Assembly (NCBI RefSeq): GCF_000143415.4
Contig: NW_003314308.1
Location: 757,769-821,768, forward strand
DNA length: 64,000 nt
Direction: 5' to 3'
DNA from: Selaginella moellendorffii
Lineage: Eukaryota > Plantae > Lycopodiophyta
The notes under the pieces were generated by a model that searched no databases, was not told where the DNA came from, and was given only the letters and a program-made list of their open reading frames with translations. Numbering within the stretch: the first letter of the stretch is position 1; each line of letters opens with the position of its first letter. Position numbers and translations under genes: made by a program. Shown here piece by piece: positions 1 through 12,912 of this stretch.

Positions 1-583
1 TTTGGGTCCCAAGTGGTTCTTGGGAAAGGGGGGGAGTTGAGGTTGGAAAGATTGTCCACGTTTGGCTCATCTCCGGAAAGTCTCGCCCGGCGATAGCCCG
101 AGGGGGTTAACCCATTGTCAATATTCCCATTAGAGGGCCATTCCAGGTTTTGAAAGTTTCGGGCCTCTTCCTGAGAATATCTCCGGGGAATAAGGGGGAC
201 TTGGGGGGAATATCCAATGCAGGGGGCCCTCAAGGGGGGGGGGGGGGGGGGGGGCTGTGGGGGGTTCCAAATGTATAGTAGGGATAGTGGTTGGAATGCA
301 TGTCTGACCATCTGAGACATTAGTTTGGCTCCCGCTGGGCTGTGTCGCTCCTTGTTCTGCGTCCGGCTTGGGTCTAAGCTCAAGCTCCACGCTGCTCTAG
401 TCGGTGGAGTACCCTCCTTCTCGCGTTAGGCCACCGGTATGCCAAAATTGTGCTAGGCTCTGTCTGACACCATTTTGCGTGCAGGTGCTGGATACGGGGA
501 GCTGGTGCTCGTGGGATTGTACCGGACCCTCGTTTCGTAGCGCAAAGGGCTTGGAGTTCAGCTCCAAATTCAGGTGCGCTACA
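1..583. mobile_element. LTR related to family B (partial, cut by window edge), inserted just after the RNase H of the Tat-like element
   Basis: Ends ...GTGCGCTACA at 583, the same terminus as the solo LTRs ending at 37768 and 51656. Shares the poly-G/ggggttccaaatgtatagtagggatagtgg core. Confidence 0.65.
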
Positions 584-602
584 GTGAGGAATCTGTTGGG
601 AA

Positions 603-1955
603 CTAACCTAAATCTAGGTACACTGCAATGTCCTGTAGTGCTGTGGTGACCACAAAGGAAGTAGCTTCAACAACTAGGAACTCGCTCAGATCCATCACAC
701 ACTTCCACCGCATGTGAAAAGTTGGCTGGAACTTTTGGATGGTCACAATCCAAGATAAAGTACGAGGACTGTGAACCGGTCGCTGTAAAAGAAAGTTCAG
801 CACATTAAAATAGATGTGGATATGGATATAGGCTCCAGCGAGAAAGTGACAAAATCGCTCCAAGGTGTAAACATCAGGCACTGCTTCTTTTTCTACATCC
901 ACATACTTCTTCTCAGTCTCCTTGAATGAATGTGAGGCATAGTATATTGCATGTGGAGGCTTTCCAGGCTGTGAACATTGGCAAATGCATACTCCAAAAG
1001 CCTTTGTACCTGTTGTGATGTAAATGTCGAAAGGAAGTTGTCATTTTGGTGGTTGGAGTACCGAGGCCGTGCGGAGTGACTACTTCAGTGATTCAAAGGC
1101 TTGTTGCTAGGACTCACTCCAGACAAATGGAACATTGTGCTATTAGAGGCAAATAGAATGGAGCTATCAGAGGCCGTGAATGTGCAGCATAGTTGTGGAG
1201 GAAACAACAAAAAAAACCTGTTTGCCCGAGGAAGCTACAAAGCTACTTCACGTTGGTTGGTGGGTTCCAATCCAGAATCTCCTGAGCCTTGGCTACCTGG
1301 GGCTTGATCCCATTCTGTGTGACATCAAAGCCTAGCAACTGGCCTTCAGTCACCCCGAATTTACACTTTGCCGGTTCAATGAAAACCTGTGTTGTCAGCA
1401 ACGAGTGAAGATTTGCTCTAAGTGCACAAGGTGGTCCTCAAAGGAGTAAGAGGTCATGCAAAGATCATCCATATATACCCTCAAGGCACCTCCAATCAAG
1501 TCATGGAAGGTGTGGGTCTTAAAGCGCTGAAAAGTAGCTCCGGCGTTACACAAGCCAAACGGGAGGACGTTGAAAGTGAAGTCGCTCCAAGGTGTTTGGA
1601 AGGCCGTAAGATCTCGATGATTAGGATTAATGAAGATCTGGTTGTACCTTGAAAAGCCATCCATGAAAGAGTAGTAACAGTGCCCAGCCATCTCATCCAC
1701 AATCACATCGATAAATGGAGTTGGAATGTGATCTTTCGCAATTGCTTTGTTCAAGTCTTGAAAGTCAACACAAAGGCAGAGTTTTCCATTTTCCTTGCAT
1801 ACGGGGACAAGATTGGCTACCCACTCTGAGCTCTTCAAAGGGTAAATAAAGTCAGCTGCCAGAAGTCGCTCGATCTCCAACTTCATCTCTAAGTGAGCTG
1901 CTAGGCTGAAACACCGCATATTTTGACGGACTGATTTGGCTGACTCAAAAAGCAC
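603..1955 (-). pseudogene. Reverse transcriptase and RNase H remnants of pol
   Basis: RT motifs including VYMDD. RH motifs (PFDIY, AIYYASHSFKETEKKY.DVEKEA). Stops and frameshifts throughout. Confidence 0.9.
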
Positions 1956-2227
1956 AATATTGTGTATGATTGTGTCTATGGGAACTCCTAGAAGATGGCT
2001 GTAATCCTAAGCAAACACATCCTTGAAACAATGGAGGAGATCCAAGAGCTTTGCTGCGTTTGTTGAAGCAAGTGATGTGGCAATAAAGATCAGGTCCTTG
2101 TCATCACCTAGGAAAATAGCATGAACCCTGGAGTCTGGAGAAACCTTGGGCTCAGGGGGCTCATCTATCTTAGATTCTTCCCTGACCTTGGAAACTAAAG
2201 AGCAAGGAGTGCCTTTTGCCTCTCGCA

Positions 2228-2696
2228 TCATGGTGATTGCTTTGCCCAAAAGTTTTCTTCACTAGGGACACTTTGAAAAGTCATCCTAGAGAACTCATCC
2301 TTCAGGTTGACTGCCCATTGCCATAGCTCTTTTAGATTCTCTTTGCGGACTTGGTATTCTCCAGTAAGTTGGCATATGATGAGTTGTGCGTCTCCAATGA
2401 AAGTGATCCGCCTAAATTTGAGATCTGTGGCCAACTTCATAGCAGATGATAGCCGCCAAATACTCTGCTTCATTAGCTAATGTTGCTGGTAAAGTGATAG
2501 AGAGGTCGGCTACTTTGTTCTCCACAGAATCAATCATCCAAACTCCAATGCTGGCAATCTGGTTTTTGGGGCAGAAAGCACCGTCAAAATAAGCTGTAAT
2601 CATAGGAGTGTCCTCTTCAAATAAAGATTCTAGGGACACCACATCTGGCAAGACCGTCTCTGGCAAGTCAAGCAAGAACATTGCTATTGGATCCAA
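2228..2696 (-). pseudogene. Additional archaeal-type RNase H (aRH) domain, frameshifted
   Basis: YFDGA...NEAEYLA...GDAQLIICQLTGEYQV...VPSEEN motifs split across two frames. Confidence 0.85.
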
Positions 2697-3655
2697 AGTC
2701 TTTGTCTATTGTTCTCTTTGCTTCTGATGCTCTGAGTGCTCAAAATCCAATGCAAGGACTATAGTCAAGTACTCTACAAGTGAAGAAAGATCCTCCACCA
2801 AAGTCAAGTCTAAGTCTAGTGCTAAAGTTTTAGTGTAATACACTTGGATTTGTATCAGGGGCTCCACAGTTGGAAATTCTGAACTCAAAGAGTTATAACT
2901 CGCATGCAGCACGTCCAATTGGCTTGATTCTTTCTGCCAGTTCTGTGTCTGGATGTCATCCTTCGTCTCCAAAAAACGGCATGACAAAATAAGCTTGGAG
3001 TCGTCAACTACCACGATTTTAGTAGGAAGATGCTGGCTGTATGACACCTCAGATAGTTGTTAAGGATTGAGTTCGGCTGTGTCCTGTGAAGGATGGACCC
3101 GGTCTGGAGTTATTGTGTCATCAAGTTCCATAAGGGGGAGTTGGTCCCATGCAAGAAACATTCCTCAATCGAGAAACACTCTGAAAAGCTGGATATAGGA
3201 GCCCATACCCTATAAGCCCCGCCCTCAAATAAAGAGAGCGTGGCGAGAGGCTCAACCTTACTCTCAAATAAAGAGAGTGAAGTTGAAAGATGTCTCAAGC
3301 TATCTGACTCACCTCCAACCATGTCAATTGCATTGCATGAGAAAGCATCCGTCATATAGATGGTCGATTCCATCACCAACTCAGGAAAAACCTCTGTGAG
3401 CTCAGGAGGGAAGTGTGGTGTGGAAGCCATCTTAGTCTGAGCCTATTGGGCTTGCTGAGAAAGAGCTCTACCGTGGTTGTTGAGAAAGGTGGTGCTATGG
3501 GTTCCATCGCTAATTTCCATCTTGCCTTGTGCGTTGTCAATGGTGCAATGGGCTGTGACTTGCCATGAGCAGCCAAGGATGATAGAGTCCTTCAAAGAGG
3601 ACGTTCCAAGATGTTGGTAGTCAACCACGAGGAAATCCACCTCAAAAATAACACC

Positions 3656-4000
3656 CTACATTGAGACCTTAACACCACAGCAAATGCCCATTGGAGGAAC
3701 AGTGTGGTTAGCGAAGGTCTTGAGCACGATGGAGGAGCTCTTAGTGATCTGTAGCTGTGCTGAAAGGGCAGCTTCGAAAGAGATAATGTTGCTTCTAGAA
3801 CCGGAGTCAACCAAAGCATCCATCTTACAAAAGGAAGTACCAATATGCACCGAGACGAAGAATGGACCAGGATCTCCACCATATCTTGTCATGTTGACAA
3901 TGTGCACCTCTTGAGGAGTCCTCTTGAGAGTGCTCTCTGGTGTTCCTGACTGTGCAAACTCCTCTAAACGTTGGCCAAATCCTGGGATAAGACACAACAT
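3656..4000 (-). pseudogene. Retroviral-type aspartic protease remnant
   Basis: ALVDSGSRSNIIS active-site motif, with ...ILG downstream in a shifted frame. Confidence 0.85.
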
Positions 4001-4479
4001 GTCTCAGAGCAAAAAGGTGACGAGAGTGTCAACCAGCTGTTGAAGAACCAGCTCTAGAACAAGAATAGCTGTTGGTGAGATTTCAGGAGGAGAAAAGAGT
4101 AGTGACTTGAAAGGGAGCTTACAAGCCACCCTCTATGTCATTAGATCTGGTGCCAACAGAGATTCACTCTCAACCGACACCAAGGGATTTATGGCAGGCT
4201 AAGCAGCTACTTTCTTCTTTGTTTAGGCTCGAGTGGCTATGGTTTGCTGCTGTTGCCTATAGAGTTCCTTGACTACCAAACTCGTGTTGACCGATGGGGC
4301 TGGTGCCTTGCCTTTGCTTGATGAAGGGGCTGCTTCAATTGCTTGTCGCTTCAACTGCTCCTGATATGTCTCTGGACCCCAAGACGATGTGGAATTATCA
4401 ATGAAGGGATGTTGTTGGACATGTTGAGAAGATGGAGGTTGAAGTTTTGGGTGAAGCTTGAAGCAGTGCTATATGTTGT

Positions 4480-5308
4480 GTATGTTTGTCTTGTAGTGAG
4501 TACACCAACAGGACTTAAATCTGCGTTCCCAAGCTGTAGCAACCTCTTTCTTAGACTCCACTAGCTCCTGGAGAAGTTTGTCATGGTGTGATTATTGCAG
4601 AAGAATGATCTCCTTTAGCTGCCGCATCTCGTTCATAAAGTTCTCAATAGCCAGAGGTGTATGCTCAATAGTGACAAGCTCTGGTGTGGACGAACGAACA
4701 ATTGCACAAGGTGACTCTAACAGGGTGATAGCTTGGTTGAAATCAACTCTAGCAATCCCCAAGTCAACCAAAAGCTCTCTTTCTAGCTTCGTGGCAAACG
4801 AAAATGCCTCGTAGCAAGACCTGAATGTCTTCTTGAGAAGTTTCTGCTGCAAGTTCCCATGCAAACCCACTGTGAATGCCGTGATCCCCTGTTGCTCATC
4901 TTGGACCACATTGCAATCCTAACACTGCTTCCAGTATGCTCGAAACCGAGTGATGTAGTCAAAAACAGACTTGTGAGAACCCTACCGGAACGAAAAGAGG
5001 TCGACAAGTAGCTGATTTGTGGGTTTTTCTTCAATGAAACGTTCCCTAAAAGAAGCAAGTAATGTCAGGAAGTCTGTTCGGTCCTCAGAGAGGAGAGAAT
5101 TTGCCCAAGTTGTTACTTTGCCTTCGAGAGACTGCAAGAAGTCACAGCATATATGATCATTGTTGATGATCATATTTGTGGTGCAATAGTAATCAAAGCG
5201 ACTAATATACAATGTTGGAAAGCATGTTCCAGCACCTAAGAAGGTTGGCAGATCACTCCCCTTTTGTAAAATATGGAGCTGAGGTCGAGCTAAAGGTGGC
5301 TGCACCAT
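4480..5308 (-). pseudogene. Retrotransposon gag remnant
   Basis: Retrotrans_gag-like SLEGKVTTWANSL...LLASFRERF and AFTVGLHGNLQQKL, upstream of the protease. Confidence 0.75.
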
Positions 5309-5490
5309 AGCTCGTAAATCTAAGTCACTGGAATCTGCCGAGGATGAAGAGGATTTGGCCCGAGAAGGTGTTGTGTCGTACGTAAGCTATCTTTGGATGT
5401 TAGAAAGTTTACTCCGTACCTAGGGCCTTGAGGTATGGTGAAAGGGTGTTAATTTGTTGCACATCTAGTTTGTACCGGCATCAAATACCT

Positions 5491-7358
5491 TGAACACTAC
5501 AAATGTCCGGTCAAGGCAACTGGGTTGATAGGAGTAAGAAAATTGTAGGCAAGTGCCCAAGTTGCTCAAAGTTGCCCAAAAGGCCCATTGATCTATAGGG
5601 TAATTGCTAGAGTAGCCGTTGGAGTAGCTGCTAGAGTAGACGGTAACCAATAACTAGTAACCAGTAACTAGGGACATGTAACCAGTAACCCCTTGCTCTC
5701 ACTCCTACTCCTGCGCCTACTCCTACTGTCCTTGTTCCTATGCCATCTCTTGTTCCTGCTCCTATTCCTATTCCTATGCCTACTTTTGCTCTTTGAAAAT
5801 TGCTTCGTTCCCAAGGAACTCCCAACAAAGTTTAGCTCGAAAGAGAAAAATGAGTCTTGTGGTCTTGATCCTTCCTTATTTTGATTGTTGGTGGGCTCGT
5901 TGGAAAGGGCTCAGCCCCGTCTACCCTTTATCACAAGAATTTGTGAAGAAGCTGCCTCAATATTTCCCAAAATCCAAGAAGAGGTAGCCCAAAACAACAA
6001 TATTGTGAAAAAAACATGTGCATATCACTGATGTAGATCAATACTAAAATGCTGTTAGTATTTTTGGAAAGCCTAGGACCAAGAGCACCTCTAAAAACAA
6101 ATAGCATCCAAAACAAAGCCCAGAGAAGCATGAATTCCTACTACAAAGATGACCCAATCTAGCTGGAGAAGAAAATTCTTTTGCATGTTGTTAATTTACC
6201 CAAATTTAGCACCAAGAATCGCCACTACTCATAGATTTAGGCCAGATCTACAAGCTCAAATGCACTGCCTTGAGAAATTGGGCCGAGGATCCAAGCGAGA
6301 AAGTGAAAACCCCAAAATGTTCATCTGACCAAGCCAAGAAACGTTATATCTCTTCAAATACTACACGGCTTGATGAGCGCCATACCTTGCTGGAAAGAGG
6401 AGCTCTAGACCTATCCAACAACCCTAAAATCCAACAAAATGACCACAACACAAATGAGAAATTCGTTCCCAAATTCTACGGCCAAAAGAAAAAGACAGAA
6501 ATGGCACCTCAGAAAGTGTTGCGTGTCATGCCGAGTTCACCATTTGTTGGGGGAAGGAGGGGCGCCTCCCTTAACACTTGCTCAAACACGAAAAATGCTT
6601 CAATGCTCTTCACAAAATGCCCCCCTTGCCCTTATGAGGCAAGGGTTTTATACAATGAAGATGGGGAATATTTTGAGGACCAGAATATTCCCTCTCTCTC
6701 TCTCACTCTCTCAATGGCCACGCCCTAACAACACCGCAATTGGTTTCCCTTCTACGAGTGGGAGCTGCTTTTGAGCACTTCCTGAGGTGGCCCCTCCGGC
6801 ACCACCCAAGTCCATGCTCACTCCCACCTAAGGCCCTTTAGCCCCAGTCTCAACCTCAAATCAGTTTGGAAGCACCACTGGAGAGTTCCTTCAAGACTAG
6901 TTCCTAGATCTCACTATCCTTACTATATACTTTTGGAACCCTCTGCAGCACCCCCCCCAACTGGGAGACGCACACTTTAGGCTTTCACCCCTTGACCTAT
7001 ATTAGTACTCGGACTCAGTCTCAGACTTGATCTCTCAGACTCGATCTTGGATCAGATCTAACCTCGGACTCGGTCTTGGACTCAATCTCAGACTCGACCT
7101 CAGACCCAATCTCGGACCTGACCTCAAACTCGGTCTCAGATGTAAACTCGAATCTCGAACTCTATCTCGAACTCTGTCTCGAACTCGGTCTCTAGCTCGG
7201 TCTCGAACTCGGTCTCGAAGTCGGTCTCGGACTCAATCCCAGACTCTGTCTCGAACTCAGTTTTAAAGTTGGTCTTGGACTCGATCTCAGACTCGGTCCC
7301 ATCCAATGAACTCTTTATTATTTTGGTCATGCTTTCAGGGATCCTTTAGCCTATGACA
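5491..7358 (-). repeat. Probable 5' LTR of the Tat-like element
   Basis: On the minus strand it starts TGTCATAGG and ends GTGTTCA, followed by a PBS-like TTTGATGCCGG. Contains hexamer arrays (5690-5780, 7005-7295) and the core shared with LTR families A and B. Boundaries are tentative. Confidence 0.5.
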
Positions 7359-7569
7359 CCTCAAGGAGTTGGTTCCTTACAACTGGTGGCCTAATGCAAG
7401 GATATGGGTACTCCACCAGCTAGCATGGAATGGAACTTAGGCTTAGACTGAAGTTGGACACAAAATAAGGACAAGCACGCAAGCAGGAGCTAGACTATGC
7501 CTTAAATTGGTCAACCATGCCCGACTTACTCACTATCCCTACTATACATTTGGAACCCCCCATCACTAT

Positions 7570-10500
7570 TGTTGGAAAACATAGGATTCACTATCTAACA
7601 AAATAAAATAGGAAGTGCATTATTAAGAAAACTCAATAATAAAACTTAACTATCAAAGATTGTAGATAGCATGCTAAACAGCTTATAAAAAACAACTAAA
7701 GATCATAAGGTATCATCAACTTGGCAAGCAAAATGCTCACAAATGTATTGCCTAAAGGAAATAACATCCAACCTATCAGAAGCAATTGTAATGATAGTCA
7801 ACAGAAAAGAATGAATGTTGCAAGGCAAAAAAACACTCATTTATGCCAATCATCACATTGGCCAATCTGAATAGATTCCAGTGAATAATACAAAGGAACC
7901 AGAGTTGCTCAAACAAGTGTTAGCAACATCCTATCGATATCTCAAACACAAGAGACTAATCCAGAGCAACTACAAAGAATATGTGGCATCGCAAAAAGCC
8001 ATAAGCCATTAAAGAGAACAACTAACTATCATAAAAGACCATAAATCATCCCATTAATAAAGAGATATTTAATCATTATCAAAGAAGGAATCCACCATTC
8101 CAAAGAATAACAAATCATTCTATATCAACAACAATCAAGAAAAATCTTTTAACAAGGATAATCAACTATTCTAGATGACAATTAATCATCATCAATGATT
8201 GTTAAATGCAAAAGCCAACTTCAATATCGAAGTTAATAAGCCAAAAATGCCTTCCCTAACAACTTCAAACAAATGGACCACAAACATAAAAATTTAAGGA
8301 ACTAAAAGCTCGAAGAAGTTTATAGCTATATCTTGTTTAACAATGATCATAAGTCTTGCATGAATTAACTTTAATGTTAAAGAAAAAATCATGGTACAAC
8401 CCACAATATCCTTCTCAACACATCCATCGCTAAACTTTATAATGCCAAAGCTAATGAAAAGTATGTTTACATCAATCCAAAAGTTAAGCATAACAAAATT
8501 ATACTTAACAAGTGATTACTAAATGATCCTCCATGAATCTGTTTATAGCAAGATGTAACTTACTTCATAACAAGCATAAGAAGAATCATCAATAATCGAT
8601 ATATCCCCAACTCAAATCCAACAAAGAATCAACATCATCAATATCAATCACTAATGCTTCTTTCGTAAAGTTAGCATAGTTCATGACAAAATCATTTTTC
8701 AAGGAAAAACTTAAAACTCAACCCTTACTAAAGAATCTTGTTTAGAACATGATTAATTCAACTTGCTATATAGTTCGTTTTGAATGTCAATACAATTGCT
8801 AATTAGCAATTATACAAATGCCAACAACATAAAGCTATAACCAAACCATCAACACTATCTTCATCAATATTAATGAAATTCAATATCAATCTTAAGGAAA
8901 GATATCTCATTTCATTCGAATCTCAATATTAATAATGTCAATAATAAGCCATCACTTCAATGCCATTAACACTAGAAAAAAGCTAAAAGAAAACAAAAGT
9001 GAATCATCACCCAAAGCTCTTTACCAAGCAACCTAGCCAAAATTAAAGATACCTTAATCAGTGCCTAAGACCAAAATTTCAACAAACTCAGTTACAGATA
9101 ACACATAATCAAGGAATGATTCACCACATCCAAGACTCAATGATATCCAACACCACAGACTAAACGTAACAAAATGATATCGACAAAGAAATCAATATGC
9201 CAACATGGAAAATTCATGCAAGCCAAAACATGATCCTCTGCAACACCATTTAATAAAGCAAGTCTATCACTGCTAAATAGTCATCGAGTGAAGCAAGTAT
9301 CAAACAATCCTCCACGAAATCTATAAGCAATCATTAGTTGCCAAGCAACTAACAATCACTCTTTCAACTTGCCTTCACAAAACCCAAACACGAAACTCAT
9401 GTTATCAAGTCATATGCTTGTCCAACATGAACATAATACCTTAGACACAAGATAAAGGTTTATGGACAGGCATGAACTAAATGACTACACGAATCTAACT
9501 CAATTGCAATAAACTCACCAACTCATCTATCCAATAGCTCTGAGCATGCTTCAAGAGGCTAGTTATGCATGATCAACACTTAGTCATAACTAAAATGAAG
9601 ACCATGATATGAACTCATATTAGTAAACAATTTCCTCATAGACGAAGCTATAGTATGGGTATTAACATTTCAACCTTAAACAATTAAGTTGGACATCACC
9701 ATCCTCAGCCAAGGCACAAGGCCACCAAGACTAAGTCAAAATTAATGAGAGCTCATTACTTTTATAAAGTCTTAATAAAATGCAAGGTGCAACCTACCAC
9801 CAAGCACAACTCTACTTAAAAAAAAGCACAAGAGTCATCTTTCTAGAAAAACGCAACAACCACTTTTCTTCACCAATTTCAAACTTTATCCAACTCAATT
9901 GCCTTAGCCTCAAAAATAAGCATCTCTTTCAGGTCGCATCATACAAACTACCTACTAAGGTCTAAGCTACAAAGTCAATTTCAACCCCTTCACTAGTTTG
10001 TATTAGTTTACGAAAACAGATTGTTTTCGAGCAAAATGATCAATAGATCAGCCATTGCAAAAGCTTAAAAAAAATTGTGAAAAATTTTCCATCCTAGAGA
10101 AAGAATGATTCTCAGTCTAGGAGTGTAAGCTTTCAAGACTCAACCAACTTCCTCCTACTAACAACTTCACATAAGTTCATCTTAACATAAATTCTCATAA
10201 CTCAATAACATTCTTAAGCATTGAACATCATACTCATTTTTCCAACATCTAACATTGATATCCGTAAAATGCAAAATGAATATCTAAGGCTTGATCATAA
10301 AGACCACATCTTTAGATATCCACATTGCACTAACACTTTTCTTTAACCACTTTCAAGATCCAATATAAAGCCAAAGCATTAAAAAAAAAATAACATAGAA
10401 ATCAAGCTCTAAGGAAAATTCCTTATTAATTGAAACAACAATGCCACTTCCACTAACACAAGTGCTAGCAATGTCAATGCCTTAATTATACACCTTCTAC

Positions 10501-11500
10501 ATCCAAAAATTTACTCCAAGTGCTAACAAATCAACCAATAAACCATAGCAAGTGAATGTTATAACCTTTTCCAACACCTTATGGGCAACCCCTCAAGGAA
10601 ACAAGGTATTAACTTAAGCTTAATATAATGGATCATTATTGAGAATCCAGTCAAAGCTATTATAATGCTACTACATGTAAGTAGACTAGCCTCACCATCA
10701 ACCACTTTGGGGTTGATTATCGAATAACCAAGCAACTTCGTAAACACATTACTCATTATCACATAGATATGATATAAAAATCACAATGATTTGATCATCA
10801 ATTGAGCAACACCCATATCACTACTACAAAGTTTATGTGAATATCAAGTGCCAACTCGATTTGATAAAATGCAACATAAATGCCATACTCCACCGATAGA
10901 AATTTACAACACCCAACATCACTAACTTTTGTTCACAACATAAACAAGCTCATGCCACTCTTTATTTGACCAAACTCAAAACTAATCCAACACCAAATTA
11001 CTCCATGAGCAATAACAAGGTTCCCTAGAAAAGAATTGAGCATTGTAACCCAAGTCTTCAATAACAAACTTAGACAAAATGGTATAGCGTTTCATCGCTA
11101 TCCATCCTATAACTCACTATTTGTAAGACTATCATTTTCAACATGCATCAAATAGGGTCTCTTGATTGCATAATATGAACACGAGCAATGAGTCATACCT
11201 CATTGCGAATTATCTCTCTAAAAAGAAAAAATGATTTACACGTTTGATCCTTCATCCTTAATAACTCTCTTTTCGGTCTTAATTTTAACTAAACCTCAAA
11301 CTTGCGTTTGCACTACTTTCAGTCCAACCCAAAAAAAGTTTATAAGAGAGCACGACAATGACTACTTGAACCAATAGACTAATCCTTACTATCTTAATTG
11401 ATCCATTTATAATCATGCCTAAGAAGGAACTACTAATGCCATGCTAAACAGCTACAAACTAGCCTATTTTCCACTCATAACAAACCTAAGGGAGGTTTAC
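7570..11500 (+). mobile_element. Highly decayed Ty1/copia-like relic
   Basis: No long ORF. A-rich, G-poor sequence with faint integrase-, RT- and RH-like patterns in Copia order (~8.3 kb, ~9.4-9.7 kb, ~10.7-10.9 kb). Confidence 0.4.
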
Positions 11501-11845
11501 TTTCTCCCATGGTACATGGAACAACTTTTGGAACCACCAATAGGCTAACATTAATTCTACGAACTCAAAGTGTAACCTCGAGTTGCTAATGTGCCTCACT
11601 CACGAGCCTAAGTGCAAACTCGTGTAAGTAGAACATCTTACATCCAAATTATGAGCCCAAGCAAAAGCTCATATAATCTAGTATGAAAAGGTAACCAAAA
11701 CCTACACCCAAAAAATGAATGCAAAGCCTTTGCACCCAAACGTGTAGCCAGTCGAATCATCATTTTCATCTCTGCATATGCAATGAGATTAATTGCCCAA
11801 TCTTATTGAATAATACTTGTTGAGACTTTTTCTCTGATACAAAAC

Positions 11846-12912
11846 ATAACACACGTGGTTTTTACCCTTTATCCTATAGTGATTTACCATAGGATAACCA
11901 CGAAGCAGAACCTAAACCCTCCATGTGCCACGTGTCCAAAGGACAGTGGAGTGGAACCCAAGTTTTAGGGCCTTGGGTCATTGAACGAAAAAACGGAGGC
12001 AAACTTTTAAGCATGGAGCTAAGGAGTAACGGAACCGAACCATAGAATGACTTTCGAGCATTTAGCCCAAGGAGCGAAAGGACAAGAGCACAGAGCAACT
12101 TAGAACAGTCCTAGAGTATCCAACATCTAATTGCCAGGACCAGCACGTAAAACGGAGCCAAACAGAGTTTGACGCTATTTCGGCATACCGTGGTTTAACA
12201 CAAGGATATGGGTACTCCACTAGCTAACATGGAATGGAACTTGCGCTTAGATCGAAACTGGACAAAATACAAGGACAAGCATGCAAGCGGGAGCTAGACT
12301 ATGCCTCAGGTTGGTTAGCCATGCCTGACCTACCCACTATCCTTACTATTATTTGGAACCCTTTATATCCCCCCTTTGAGGAACACACGCTTTGAGCTTT
12401 CACCCCAAGCCTCCCTTAGTATCATGAGTTAGTCTTTAAGACAAACTCAAAACTTACTAAATATGGAATGTCTCTAAATTGCAAATTTGAACACGGGACA
12501 AACACCATTGTGTTCAGAACAATCTCTACATTCTATAGATATGCCAAATGAGCGAATCTAAACACTTTTCATAAATAGCATTTGGAACCAGAATAAGACT
12601 AACACAAAGGGCATGATAGCAAGGGTGTTTGGCAAACAAGGTAAGTTATCATCTAGTGATATTGAAGGACTAATCTCAATACACAAGGGTTTTTGTCACT
12701 AACCAGTGCAAGACACAACGAGACGGGAACTCCTTACCAGGCTAAATATGCTTAGCTAATAGTACATAGGAATTTCGTCCTTATGCTCATCCGGTCTAAG
12801 TACACTCGAAATGCCTAGATAACTCCACTAGCACAAAAGGGACTAATAAAGAGTCCAGCAATACCAACCTCCTGGCATCGTGGCAGTAAGGAAAGAGTGT
12901 TTGTAAGGACTG
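11846..12912. mobile_element. LTR family B copy, inverted relative to 36651 and 50502, truncated by a family A LTR
   Basis: Reverse-complement similarity to 50502-51656 along its length (cacacgtggtttttacccttt...ggcagtaaggaaagagtgt). Confidence 0.75.

Larger units (their letters stand above)
584..7358 (-). mobile_element. Degenerate Ty3/gypsy LTR retrotransposon, Tat-like (gag-PR-aRH-RT-RH)
   Basis: Frameshifted minus-strand ORFs: gag (4592-5308), protease ALVDSGS (3656-4000), archaeal-type RNase H (2228-2696), RT with LCVDFQDLNKA/FMDGFSRYNQI/LPFGLCNAGATFQR/YMDD (1395-1955), retroelement RNase H (~603-1050). No integrase in the window. Confidence 0.9.

Noticed and set aside
584-700. Integrase-less or DIRS-like retroelement
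   Set aside because: An LTR terminus at 583 without a PPT indicates a nested insertion. The integrase may lie beyond the window, and a protease is present.
6270-6774. Plus-strand ORFs inside the putative 5' LTR
   Set aside because: No recognisable domain, and most likely chance ORFs in LTR sequence.
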